From: a virus | Length of the DNA: 64,000 nucleotides | Strand: one strand, 5' to 3' | IMG/VR virus record: IMGVR_UViG_3300022700_000278 | Span: 1 to 64,000 of that record | In this document: positions 7,601-16,317 of the stretch, piece after piece | Layout of the letters: each line of letters starts with the position of its first letter | Position numbering within the stretch: the first letter of the stretch is position 1 | The notes under the pieces: model-generated | The model's database searches: none | What the model was told of the DNA's origin: nothing | Seen by the model: the letters and a program-made list of their open reading frames with translations, nothing else | Position numbers and translations under genes: made by a program

Positions 7601-8991
7601 TGGCTTATGCTGATACCATATTGGCAAGCCAAGAAGAGCTGGCCGATACCGTAATTGACAAGCCTCCTGGAAGAGAGACCGTTGATTTAAAAAATCCAAA
7701 CTGGATGTTTCCGGAGATTCCTACTCCGAAGCATGGAGTGTTTGATCCGTATACGAGAGGAAAGCTTGCAAACCATATTTATGCGGGCCCTCTTCCAAAG
7801 ATTAGGGACGGAGTTAGCGGTGAAAACTTTTCTGTTACGCGAGAGTTCTCTTTGGCCGAGAAAGAAAACGTGTTCTTGCAGGCTGCAAAGAAGAGGGGCC
7901 TCGAGTTCTCTGAGACACCAGATTTAAGCGGAGAGTCTTTTGCGACCAAGATTCGAAGCATGCTGAACGAGGCAGAAAAACCTCCTGGAAGAGAGACGGT
8001 CGATTTGAAAAATCCGGGTTGGGTTTTTCCGGAAGTTCCCGTCCCGAAACAAGGAGAGTTTGATCAATATACGAAAAACAATCTTTCAAAACACCTTCAT
8101 GCAGCTCCTCTTCCAAAGATTAGAGATGGGGTTAGTGCCGGGGATTCTTTTGTTACGCGAGAGTTTTCTTTGGCTGAGAAAGAAGAAGTGTTCTTGCGGG
8201 CGGCAAAGAAGAAGGGCCTCGAGTTTTCTGTCATGCCCAACCTTAAAGAGGGGTCCCTTCCTGCCAGGGTTCGAGACGTTCTGGATGTGGGAAAGAAGCC
8301 TCCTGGGCGAGAGACTGTCCAGCTAAAAAATCCGGCTTGGATGTTCCCAGAGGTTCCTGCTCCGAAACACGGAGAGTTTGACCCGTATACGAAAAACAAC
8401 CTTTCAAAGCACGTCTATGCGGGCCCTCTTCCAAAGATTAGGGATGGGGTTAGCGATGAAAACTTCTCTGTTACGAGAGAGTTTTCTTTGGCCGAGAAAG
8501 AAGAGGTGTTTTTGCGGGCTGCGGAGAAAAAAGGACTCAAGTTTTCTGCGATGCCAGATCTAGGCGAGGGGTCTTTTGCAGCCAGGATCCGAGAATTGTT
8601 GACGGAGTTCAAAGGAGACTTTGAGTCTAGGTGGGAGAAGTTTAAGCATCTTGCTTCCGGTCTTTTTAGGAAAGACGAGTCTAGTGCTGTGCTTAGGGGA
8701 GGCGTGGGAAAGGCTTCGCGGACTGATTTTGATCTTGCCTGGCAAGCAGGCTCGACAGGAGTGGAAAGAGAACGGCTGGCAGAACAGGCTGGTTCTTTGG
8801 TAGACGAGAGGCTCTCGTTGCTGGAGAGACAGAAAGAAAAAGGTTTTGTTCCAAGGGGTGTCGACAGGGGAAGAGCGGCGGCGAAGCTTCGAGAGCAAGA
8901 AGAAAAGATTCCTAGTGTTGCTGTCCCCCATGTCTCGGCAAAAGAAGCGTCGAGAAGACACAAGTGGAGCGCAAACAAAGGTTTTTTATAA
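4609..8991 (+). CDS. Multidomain protein: DEDDh 3'-5' exonuclease + thermonuclease (SNase) + three 106-aa repeats
   Basis: FDIETTG / GFNIEKFD / AHTPKTD (about 5131-5745); EDVDT..IRLTGIDAPE..QPFGKES..YKRYLG..RRGMW (about 6691-7110); repeats from 7660; start may be ATG 4618. Confidence 0.85.
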   Translation: MSFMGKAEERFFRYVESLEKELENKPAFQDYRREVSEYLVRHSDSIAAYSPEQLISEASSFEELLALRGFLRDKFGNEQGWWSYYHEKRRELATAPSYYGKGKFGVPVNPQVFHRHWGKGQQSAIIQRDLLPQQLSYTQITGREPLWHAKEGRIPKGFSQPLSFKPSRADKYFSFDIETTGLLHQLRSPKTGSQRGLYSIGWVSEEGTGEWFQRQLAPRAKGKWAGQPGTRPFYGYEVEEIVSKGQKVAASLPMEVQEVAGEKELLAGFLKSLKKQPKDRVLLGFNIEKFDIPFLKAIAYRHGREKELEAALKGRKVVDVAEETKGFLSQQLSGKYLGWQRSMFEDMGLSPKGWTLESIAHALGYQAKEGAVAHTPKTDASMAAFVHETLSDERKAKKIWRAGGEQRYLKFLAERGTTLTPLSAIEDMTEVRAGGVYMKPQAALSPETYETPLLSRLSAKYGARDPSPLPVPVAEPASPKTFAVSPRVKKAARIGAKGLKYLGATALLGAALPGQGTSNFFGAGASIASWKLVAKQKGNIATRALAAGVSYAAVKGLAPGSFDSMSKGGMSEAIRHYQTDFGSPWQGPKVSGPLSISLMAGAGLALGTGAAILAFSSVEGEEPPKQEKVHGQYIDPEIMEFRKKWIKAPGKRRELERIKDEAYEPMQPGDLEDWRLKDKRGKLARVDLSGLTPVWEDVDTLLLEQPWYKPWKRDIGIRLTGIDAPEIEHPDDPVPWTRRKQSQPFGKESVEKLKELIGDEKLEVYVASDPDQRTYKRYLGAIFREGSEVPLNVEAVQRGLAAALPWGESGTDIIPREQLIREEQEAAFARRGMWKEEFWQRYLDLSVGAGRRVTFTSFSDLSRLAANLHLAAAEELMSRDDIEYQPWMGRYIGGKLNVNYSGSASSGTRNKIDALHYGSTNSMGALSMKAHSDFGSGVVKGALKRTGSWFKSMWERVRGIKKKGGTLTEKGAILKGERAFAEMKRRGLFSKKAQERELAYADTILASQEELADTVIDKPPGRETVDLKNPNWMFPEIPTPKHGVFDPYTRGKLANHIYAGPLPKIRDGVSGENFSVTREFSLAEKENVFLQAAKKRGLEFSETPDLSGESFATKIRSMLNEAEKPPGRETVDLKNPGWVFPEVPVPKQGEFDQYTKNNLSKHLHAAPLPKIRDGVSAGDSFVTREFSLAEKEEVFLRAAKKKGLEFSVMPNLKEGSLPARVRDVLDVGKKPPGRETVQLKNPAWMFPEVPAPKHGEFDPYTKNNLSKHVYAGPLPKIRDGVSDENFSVTREFSLAEKEEVFLRAAEKKGLKFSAMPDLGEGSFAARIRELLTEFKGDFESRWEKFKHLASGLFRKDESSAVLRGGVGKASRTDFDLAWQAGSTGVERERLAEQAGSLVDERLSLLERQKEKGFVPRGVDRGRAAAKLREQEEKIPSVAVPHVSAKEASRRHKWSANKGFL
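7660..8600 (+). repeat. Intragenic 318-bp tandem repeat x3
   Basis: KPPGRETV.LKNP.W.FPE begins at 7660, 7978 and 8296. Confidence 0.95.
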
Positions 8992-9044
8992 TGGTGTGTT
9001 AAAATAAGAGCAGAAACCTCTTTTGCTAGGAGGGGCGATATACA

Positions 9045-9533
9045 ATGAGTATTTTTGGAGCATTCGGTAATTTTGCGCGGTCTTCTGGCGGCAAGGCTGC
9101 TGGGATGGCGGGAAAGGCGCCTGGGTGGTTTGGCGGCTTGTCGCCTACTGCGAAGAGCTCGCTAATTGGAGCTGCTACAGGCGGCATGACCGGCGCTTTT
9201 GGAATGAACCCAATGAACCCCATGCCTGTGGTGGGCGACGTAGATGCGGGAGGGTTTTTTGGCGGAGCGCTTGCAGGCGCGGGTGCAGGGGCTTTGTACG
9301 GAAAGTTTGGTGCGGGTAGAAACCTTATGCGGAAACCGGTGTTGGCGGCAAATCGTGGCCTTCGGGGACTTTCTGCGAGATCTGGCGGAAATATGGTTGG
9401 GCGTGGCGCAGACTTTGCTAGAGGAGCCCTGCTGAAGACAAACAAGTACGGCGATGTGGTAGCGGCGGGAATGGCAGCCGGTGCTGCTGGGCTTATCGGC
9501 GGAAGCGTACTTAGCACAAACAGTTCGTATTAG
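9045..9533 (+). CDS. Gly/Ala-rich glycine-zipper protein (putative internal virion/ejection protein)
   Basis: SD AGGAGG; GxxxG repeats (GAATGGMTGA, GGALAGAGAGAL). Confidence 0.7.
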   Translation: MSIFGAFGNFARSSGGKAAGMAGKAPGWFGGLSPTAKSSLIGAATGGMTGAFGMNPMNPMPVVGDVDAGGFFGGALAGAGAGALYGKFGAGRNLMRKPVLAANRGLRGLSARSGGNMVGRGADFARGALLKTNKYGDVVAAGMAAGAAGLIGGSVLSTNSSY

Positions 9534-9544
9534 GAGTCTGTTCG

Positions 9545-10246
9545 GTGAGTCTTTTAAAGGCAGGAATCGGAGGGGCGCTGGGTGGTGCGGCGATTGGCGG
9601 CGTTGTCGGTGGCGCAGCGAAACATCCCTGGGAAGACTATTCTAGTACGGTGGCAGAAGGAGCCTTGTGGGGAGCGGGGATCGGTGGAGTTGGTACTGCG
9701 GGGATGTGGGGGCTTGGCAGGAAGGCTGTTGGGGCGGCGAAGAGAGGGGTTTCTGTAGCGGAAGAGGGGTTGAATCGAGCTGCTGGAACAGTTCCGGAAG
9801 AAGAGCTTATGACTCCTTTTGGGGCGAAGCTTATGGCAAAAGGCGGTGCGCGTGCGGCAAAAAGAGAAGCGAAAGTAATGAGAAGAGCTGCCAAAATACG
9901 AAAAAGAGCGGGGGGAAGTTGGCGAAAACAGGGTGAGCTTTCTGGTTTAAATTCTGGGCGATCTGACAAGGGGGCAATTGGAAGGGCCAAGAGAAGAGCC
10001 AAGGCATATTCTCGCTTGTGGAGGAGACGCAGGAGAGAAAAAATGACCAGCGAAATGTCCTTCCCGAGCGTCTCTGATGTACCAAGCCGGCCGCCTCTTG
10101 CTCGTGTTTTCGCCGGTGATAATGTTGCTAGCGGTGGGTATGAGGGAGCGAATCCGCTTTCTACTGGGCAGTGGGCGCGAACAAGGCTAATGGACATAAG
10201 TAGAACAGGAAATGTTGGCAGGGGATGGACTGGTCTCTATGGCTGA
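9545..10246 (+). CDS. Gly-rich N-terminus plus highly basic protein
   Basis: SD AGGAG; GGALGGAAIGGVVGG; Arg/Lys-rich middle. Confidence 0.7.
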   Translation: MSLLKAGIGGALGGAAIGGVVGGAAKHPWEDYSSTVAEGALWGAGIGGVGTAGMWGLGRKAVGAAKRGVSVAEEGLNRAAGTVPEEELMTPFGAKLMAKGGARAAKREAKVMRRAAKIRKRAGGSWRKQGELSGLNSGRSDKGAIGRAKRRAKAYSRLWRRRRREKMTSEMSFPSVSDVPSRPPLARVFAGDNVASGGYEGANPLSTGQWARTRLMDISRTGNVGRGWTGLYG

Positions 10247-11033
10247 GGTTGGGTTTTGGCAAACTGCTAGACAAGGGGTCTCCTCTTATGCGCGGGGTGT
10301 CCGCGCGTCTAATCAAGCGTTTAATCGTGTCGCGGCTACTACCTTTGCGAAGAGCTATGCACATGGTGGGTTGACCTCAAGGCTAGTTCCGGTTCAAGGG
10401 CTTCGCCTTGAATCTAGGGGGTTGTTTGGCGGCGGAGTAGGGACGTGGTCTCCTGCGTATATGCGCAATCTTCAGAAAATGCAGGCGCATGGTGGAGATA
10501 TTGGCGCAGCGGCTTCTAACCTACTAGGCAAGGCTCCTGGCAAATCGGTAACGCGCAAGAGCATGTTTCGAGCAGCTCCTGGGGCAGTAATGGGAACGGC
10601 TCTCATTGCTGGGTTGCCTGCTGTGTTAGCAGAGGGTGGTGCGGGAGAAAGGATGGCAGCGGCGGCTGGCGGTGTTGGGTCGGAGGTGGGGGCTCGAGCT
10701 GGCGGTCTCTTTGGCCTCAAGGCTGGAGCGGCGCTTGGCTCTTCTATCTTGCCAGGCATTGGTTCTGTTGTGGGTGGCGCCATAGGAGGCCTTGTTGGTC
10801 TGTTCGGAGGCGGAGCGGCAGGCTGGGGTGCTGGTCAGAGTGGTTTCGGTGTTCTGAATGCAGTGGCAGAGAGAGGAAAAAGAGCTAGAACGTCAAATTG
10901 GATCAACGATACAAGCGCCTTCACTACTCGTCGAGCAAAAACCATGCGACAAGCTTCTTTGCAAATGATGAACAGCGGGATGATGACGGCGAGAAATTCT
11001 CTTGGCCATGAGGGCGTTCAGCTACATAGGTAG
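10239..11033 (+). CDS. Gly/Ala-rich glycine-zipper protein
   Basis: GAALGSSILPGIGSVVGGAIGGLVG; ATG 10239 overlaps the end of the upstream gene (track start 10212). Confidence 0.7.
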   Translation: MAEVGFWQTARQGVSSYARGVRASNQAFNRVAATTFAKSYAHGGLTSRLVPVQGLRLESRGLFGGGVGTWSPAYMRNLQKMQAHGGDIGAAASNLLGKAPGKSVTRKSMFRAAPGAVMGTALIAGLPAVLAEGGAGERMAAAAGGVGSEVGARAGGLFGLKAGAALGSSILPGIGSVVGGAIGGLVGLFGGGAAGWGAGQSGFGVLNAVAERGKRARTSNWINDTSAFTTRRAKTMRQASLQMMNSGMMTARNSLGHEGVQLHR

Positions 11034-11039
11034 GTTTTA

Positions 11040-12992
11040 ATGAGAGGCGAGCCAGGATCAGAACGCTATGAAGGCGAAGATTTTTCAGATCTCATTGCTC
11101 TAGATCTTCCTTTTGATGTAAGAACAGCTCACCCAACTTGTTTGAAGTGTGTCAGGCGACAGCTTGACAAGTACAAGAACGAGATGGTTGGCGGTAAGTC
11201 TCTTGCTGATAAGTTTCAGATATGTTGTAAAGGAATCCCGAAAGACCCGATTCCTCTTAGCGTCAGAAAGATGTATTCTCCAGAAGAAGTTGCGGAGCTG
11301 GAAAGGATTTACGATCCAGTTAAGTGGGCTGCACATTATCTCAAGCAGCCGAACAATAAACCTTGGGTGGCAAGGGAATATCAGGCAGAAATTTTGCGGT
11401 GTACAGGAGATCGTCGGGTAATCAGAATTGCTCGACGTACAGGAAAGACAGACGTTATTGCTGTTGAAGTTTTGTGGAAGATGTTCCGACAAGGTAGTCG
11501 GCGAATTATTATTGCTGGCCCACAGAAGGTCCATGTAGATCTGATTTTCAAGCGGATCCGCGGCTTTATGTCTAGAAGTCCTATTTTGGCTAACGCGATA
11601 ACAAAAAACATTTCATCTCCCATACACGAGCTGCGGCTAAACAACGAATCTTATGTCATGGGTTTTGCCGTGGGAACAAAAGGGAATACTGAGGGGGTTT
11701 CTGTTCGAGGACAAGATGGCGACGATGTATATGTTGACGAGACGGCATACGTAGACACAGAGGCTATGCAGGGGGCGGTTTTGCCTATTTTGCAAACCAC
11801 AGACAGTACGACAATGGCCGCCTTTTCCACCCCAACCGGGTTCAAAGATGTTTATTACTCGATGTGTCTGGAGTCTGTGCGGTATAGAGAGTTTCATTAT
11901 AACTACAAAATTCTTGATCACTGGAGAAGAATCGAGGGAGAGAGATCGCAATACCCCCAGGCCAAGTGGGAACACGAAATCTTGGCGGAGTTTGGTAGTT
12001 CTGATGAGGGAGTATACAAGCCAAGCTATGTTGATCGCGCGATAGAAACATATTCTTATGCAGAGCAGCACCCAGACCCACGGTGTAGGTATATCGTTGG
12101 GGTAGACTGGAACGAGAAGCATGGAGCCGAAATAGCAGTTGTGTCGCAGAACAAGATTACTGGCATGCATAGGGTTGTTGAGGCGTATTGCGTAGAGAAG
12201 GCTGACTTTACTCAGCTTGCTGGGGTGCAGGCTGTTGTCGAGATAAACAGGAAGTGGAAGCCTGTCTATATATATATCGACGCTGGTGGAGGAAGCACAA
12301 ACTATGATCTCTTGCGCAAGCTTAGTTATGAGGCCCGTGGAAGAGGCTCGGACCCAGACACAGCTCGTATTCTGGACATTCTAAAGAAATACGACTCTGG
12401 CTCGTCGATACAAGCCAAAGATCCGGTTACCGGAGAACCACAAAAACAGCCAGCCAAGCCGTATATGATCAATGCGTCTGTGCGTGTTTTTGAAAATGGT
12501 CTTATAGAAATTTCTGCGGAAGACAAGGTTCTTGAGGCTCAGCTTCGCAACTATATCATTGAAAGGTTCTCTCCTACCGGGAATCCGGTATACGGCTTAA
12601 AAGACAAAAAGGTATTAGATCACCGTCTTGACGCTTTTAATCTAGCCATGGTAGCATTTCATATAGAGTTTGGCGAGCTTAGGCCAAAGTTGTCTTATAC
12701 TAAAATGTTAGCTGCGCCAAGCCCAATGCAAAAAGTTGTCTCTTCTCAAAGGTCCGGTGTCCAGCGGGAGGCGTACACAGAAAGAAACATTGAGCGTGTT
12801 ATAGAGAGGTCCCCCACAGGGCATGGAGGGGTGACGTTGCCTGCTGTTATTGACAGGCCGCGTGTTTCGTCTAGCAGGCCAGGTTGGGACTCTGATTTAG
12901 AAGATGTCTATGAAAGAAGATATCAGCAGAGGAAGCGTTCTTTTTCTCGCCGAAAGGATGCAAGAAGAAGGATTGGGAGGAGTAATATTTAA
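11040..12992 (+). CDS. terL: Terminase large subunit
   Basis: REYQ Q-motif, Walker A IARRTGKT, Walker B VYVDE, motif III STPTG, RNase H-like VGVDWN..YIDAG..DHRLDA. Confidence 0.95.
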   Translation: MRGEPGSERYEGEDFSDLIALDLPFDVRTAHPTCLKCVRRQLDKYKNEMVGGKSLADKFQICCKGIPKDPIPLSVRKMYSPEEVAELERIYDPVKWAAHYLKQPNNKPWVAREYQAEILRCTGDRRVIRIARRTGKTDVIAVEVLWKMFRQGSRRIIIAGPQKVHVDLIFKRIRGFMSRSPILANAITKNISSPIHELRLNNESYVMGFAVGTKGNTEGVSVRGQDGDDVYVDETAYVDTEAMQGAVLPILQTTDSTTMAAFSTPTGFKDVYYSMCLESVRYREFHYNYKILDHWRRIEGERSQYPQAKWEHEILAEFGSSDEGVYKPSYVDRAIETYSYAEQHPDPRCRYIVGVDWNEKHGAEIAVVSQNKITGMHRVVEAYCVEKADFTQLAGVQAVVEINRKWKPVYIYIDAGGGSTNYDLLRKLSYEARGRGSDPDTARILDILKKYDSGSSIQAKDPVTGEPQKQPAKPYMINASVRVFENGLIEISAEDKVLEAQLRNYIIERFSPTGNPVYGLKDKKVLDHRLDAFNLAMVAFHIEFGELRPKLSYTKMLAAPSPMQKVVSSQRSGVQREAYTERNIERVIERSPTGHGGVTLPAVIDRPRVSSSRPGWDSDLEDVYERRYQQRKRSFSRRKDARRRIGRSNI

Positions 12993-13453
12993 TGGGGCTT
13001 AAGTTGTATTATAAAGACTCGGGAAGCTTTGTTGAAATGAGTACCGGGGGAGACATGACCTCCCCTCTTTCTACGGTCCACGATGGAAAGACAGGGGAGG
13101 ACGTGTCTGTTTGCTTGTATATTCGCAACGACGACCCCCTGAAGTGGTTTTCTAATATAGAAGTTTTTCCGTTTGATAAGGCTGTGGGGCTTATTGGTGG
13201 CGGCGATGTGGGATACGATGATACGGGCTGGGGGGTAAAGCTTTCTCTTGGTTCGGTGGAGCCTTCGGCGGCCGAATGGGATGATATTGACTGGGGAGAG
13301 TCTCTGCTTCTTTCAAACATTGGAAGTAGTGGTTCGCCTGACACTACCCAGTACCATCCTTTCTGGTGTTTGCTTTCTTGCCCTCCAAATCATAAAGCGA
13401 CGACAAAAGAAAACCTTTCTTTTCGAGTCGAATACACAGAGAGCGCGGTATAA
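12992..13453 (+). CDS. Hypothetical virion-associated beta-rich protein
   Basis: TAATG coupling, SD GGAGG; resembles the ORF at 63749 (LYIR.D..WG). Confidence 0.7.
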   Translation: MGLKLYYKDSGSFVEMSTGGDMTSPLSTVHDGKTGEDVSVCLYIRNDDPLKWFSNIEVFPFDKAVGLIGGGDVGYDDTGWGVKLSLGSVEPSAAEWDDIDWGESLLLSNIGSSGSPDTTQYHPFWCLLSCPPNHKATTKENLSFRVEYTESAV

Positions 13454-13878
13454 TGAGCACAAAAAAGTCTAGACTTTTGACCGACAAAGACAGGCGGCTT
13501 CTTGCTGCTACTTCAAAGTCTACTTGGGCTCCTCCAGATCCGATAGATTTGATTGTTCCCTTTTCTAGAAAAGACGAGGTTGAGGAGGAGACAGATCTAG
13601 AGAAGAGGAGAAGAAAGTCAAGAGAGGTCCTCGAGGGATATCAACGATTAGAGGCGCGCTGCAAAGAAGCGAGAGAAGAGTTGTCTAAGAAGTGTAAGAA
13701 TGTGTCTGTAGAGATAGATCCAGAAGTTAACAGAGATATTCTTGTCGCTGCAAGGCGTATTTTCAAAAGAGATGTCAGAGAGATTACTTTTGAGATGTAT
13801 AAGCAACTGGTACACACGATGGCAGAAGTTGGAAACGATCTCGTGCCAGATTCTGCGAAGGGAAGGAGGCTTGTCTAA
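13453..13878 (+). CDS. Hypothetical protein
   Basis: TAATG translational coupling. Confidence 0.75.
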   Translation: MSTKKSRLLTDKDRRLLAATSKSTWAPPDPIDLIVPFSRKDEVEEETDLEKRRRKSREVLEGYQRLEARCKEAREELSKKCKNVSVEIDPEVNRDILVAARRIFKRDVREITFEMYKQLVHTMAEVGNDLVPDSAKGRRLV

Positions 13879-14210
13879 TGGCCCCTGCGCTTGAGTCGGT
13901 TTTAAACAAGGTAGATCCTGCTCAGATTGAAAAGTTCCAGATTGAATCTACGTATGGAAAGCTTTTCCCTCTTATGGTAAAGGATTTTAGAGAGCTTCGA
14001 GATTGCGTCTCGATCCACAGGCCACAAAACATGAAGGTTACTGGAAGTGCTGGGCCGGTGCCACTAAGCGGTTGTTTTGTTTCTGGGTATATAACTGCTT
14101 TTCCGATAAACGAAAAGTGGCATCCTAATGCGGATGCAAAGAGAGCAGAGAACAAGGCGAAGGTAAAGGCGGGAGAAGCTGGAGTTACGGCAGTAGAGGA
14201 ACTTGTCTAG
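13878..14210 (+). CDS. Hypothetical protein
   Basis: TAATG coupling, SD AGGAGG. Confidence 0.75.
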   Translation: MAPALESVLNKVDPAQIEKFQIESTYGKLFPLMVKDFRELRDCVSIHRPQNMKVTGSAGPVPLSGCFVSGYITAFPINEKWHPNADAKRAENKAKVKAGEAGVTAVEELV

Positions 14211-16309
14211 TGGGGTTTGTTGACGACAAGACCGTCAAGACTGGCGGGCCTGGCCACGAAGACGCAGCGAATGATCTTTCTTTTAGTGGGGTAACGAAGT
14301 ATGTACCCGGGAAAGATTCGCCTACTTTTCCAGGAGACGCACAAGTAGTAATACATTTTTTTGAGGTAGAGGCTTCTCAGTGGCGAGAGGAGGATTATGC
14401 CTGGGCTCCTCATTACAGAGACGTGTATGGGACGGAGAACTTTTCCCAGCGCGTCAGGGAGCAGATGAACTCATATCCCGGCATGCATAACTCGGACATG
14501 GGGCCGAAGTCTCCTTATACAGGAGATCCATATGCTGAAGATCCATGGAAGAAACATGGGGAGGATATGGGAGAGTCTCAGATGAGCTATTGGAATGCGG
14601 CCATGGACAACCCTCAGGCTTTTATGTCTGGGTTAAAGGGCAGGCAGCAAGACTTTAGCTATTCTGAGATGTTTAAGAGCAAAGATGATTTTAAGAAAAA
14701 CATGGCCGCAATGATTACTGAGTGTGTTCCGTGTTTTGATAGGCTTTTTGACGGTTCGCAGTTGTTGCCCGATGCTGACATCCTGGAAGTTCATTTGCTC
14801 AACATAAATCTTCGCCTAGATCTCATTGACAAGCTAAGAGAGCTTTTTAAAGATCCTGGCCTGAACATAGACATTTGTGAGCTTTTAAAGCTTCTTTCTC
14901 ACATGTGTCCGCAGGATCTTTTGGCAATGATAGCTCTTTTGAGTCAATATCTTGCGAAACTAAACTTAGATTTTAAGTTTAACTTAGACTTGGTGATAGA
15001 GCTTGTCGGTCCAATCCTAAGTCCGTTTCTGGATTCTTTGAGTGATTGGCTGGATAAGTGGGTGCAGATGATTCTTGCTCCTGTGATTTGCGTGGTAGAT
15101 CACATTAATATGACCATGTATTTGGCACAACAGGTTAGGTTGCCTCTTTCTGAGGCCGAGGTTAACCTCGGACACGACGTTGGGCTTGCTGGGCCAAACA
15201 TTATTGGAGAAGCGAAGGATTGGCTGTCTGACGGAGACTCTTCAAAGGCCAGTCATGGGTTCAGCGACTGGATGTGGGAGCACGGCAGGAGTCGTGGCGG
15301 ACTTCATTTTGGGATGAACCCGGAGGGACCGGATCACTACAACCCATATGCTGCTGGGGCACACCAAAGTGAGCTTTTCGACACTCCAGAGGCCGAGAAG
15401 TACAACCCCGATCCTCCTGATCTGCCAGAAGAAGAGCTTGAGTATAGTTTGGCAGCGGCAGGAGTCGGCAAATATGTTGACGAAACTGGATACGATCTTT
15501 TGTCGGAAGAAGAGCGAGAGTCTATTTTCTTGGGGCTACAAAAGAAAAGAAGGCAACAAGAAATAGACAAAATGTACGGGACCAACTCTCCTCCGAACAG
15601 ACCTCCGAAAAGCGATGGTTCCAGGTGGAGCTCGAGCGATATTCCTGTTTCCGAGAAGAAATTTGCAAGTCAAGGATTTTCCAAAGGACAAGTTCCTGCT
15701 AACAACCAGGCCCCCAAACAAGCGGACGACTATGCTTATCTGAGTGCGGATGTGGTTGTCGAGCCTATCGTTCAGATGAGAAACATTATTCAGGGAGCTA
15801 TCGCATACATACAAGACTGGTTTGATTATGTCGTACAGTTGATTTACGATCTTCTTGGAACAGATTTCGGATGGATGTATAAAAAGATGGACCAAACCAT
15901 GTTGAAATCTAGAATCATTCAGATGATTTACATGTTATTGGCCATTATAGATGCAGTCAGGAATACCGATCTTCGATGTGGCAAAAACACAAATGTCAAT
16001 GCCGAACATATTGATTATATGCTTGGCGTGGCGATGAACAAGCTGACGCCTTTTACGTTCGTAAAGCGGCCGGACGGCTCTTTTGAGATGTTGCCTCCTG
16101 GAGAAGAAAAGACGCAGAGAGATCCACAAGAGTTAATGAAAAAGGCAGAGGCTGCAATTGACGGCGAAGAAGAAAAGGTTACCGACGAGCAAAAAGCAGC
16201 GAAGTCAGGTATTATTATAAAGAACTGTTTGCGAGAGGTAAAAACAAGTGAACTAGAAAAGGTTAGGGGCTGGATTGCAGACTTTGATAGGAAAGCTACT
16301 TCTGGTTAA
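14210..16309 (+). CDS. Large hypothetical protein between TerL and portal (helical, Cys-containing)
   Basis: 699-aa ORF coupled to the upstream stop; CVPC, helical core, low-complexity insert. Confidence 0.75.
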   Translation: MGFVDDKTVKTGGPGHEDAANDLSFSGVTKYVPGKDSPTFPGDAQVVIHFFEVEASQWREEDYAWAPHYRDVYGTENFSQRVREQMNSYPGMHNSDMGPKSPYTGDPYAEDPWKKHGEDMGESQMSYWNAAMDNPQAFMSGLKGRQQDFSYSEMFKSKDDFKKNMAAMITECVPCFDRLFDGSQLLPDADILEVHLLNINLRLDLIDKLRELFKDPGLNIDICELLKLLSHMCPQDLLAMIALLSQYLAKLNLDFKFNLDLVIELVGPILSPFLDSLSDWLDKWVQMILAPVICVVDHINMTMYLAQQVRLPLSEAEVNLGHDVGLAGPNIIGEAKDWLSDGDSSKASHGFSDWMWEHGRSRGGLHFGMNPEGPDHYNPYAAGAHQSELFDTPEAEKYNPDPPDLPEEELEYSLAAAGVGKYVDETGYDLLSEEERESIFLGLQKKRRQQEIDKMYGTNSPPNRPPKSDGSRWSSSDIPVSEKKFASQGFSKGQVPANNQAPKQADDYAYLSADVVVEPIVQMRNIIQGAIAYIQDWFDYVVQLIYDLLGTDFGWMYKKMDQTMLKSRIIQMIYMLLAIIDAVRNTDLRCGKNTNVNAEHIDYMLGVAMNKLTPFTFVKRPDGSFEMLPPGEEKTQRDPQELMKKAEAAIDGEEEKVTDEQKAAKSGIIIKNCLREVKTSELEKVRGWIADFDRKATSG

Positions 16310-16317
16310 GGGGACTT

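Noticed and set aside
7660-8600. Diversity-generating retroelement TR/VR pair
   Set aside because: The repeats are in-frame tandem coding units, the differences are not confined to adenines, and no reverse transcriptase is present in the window
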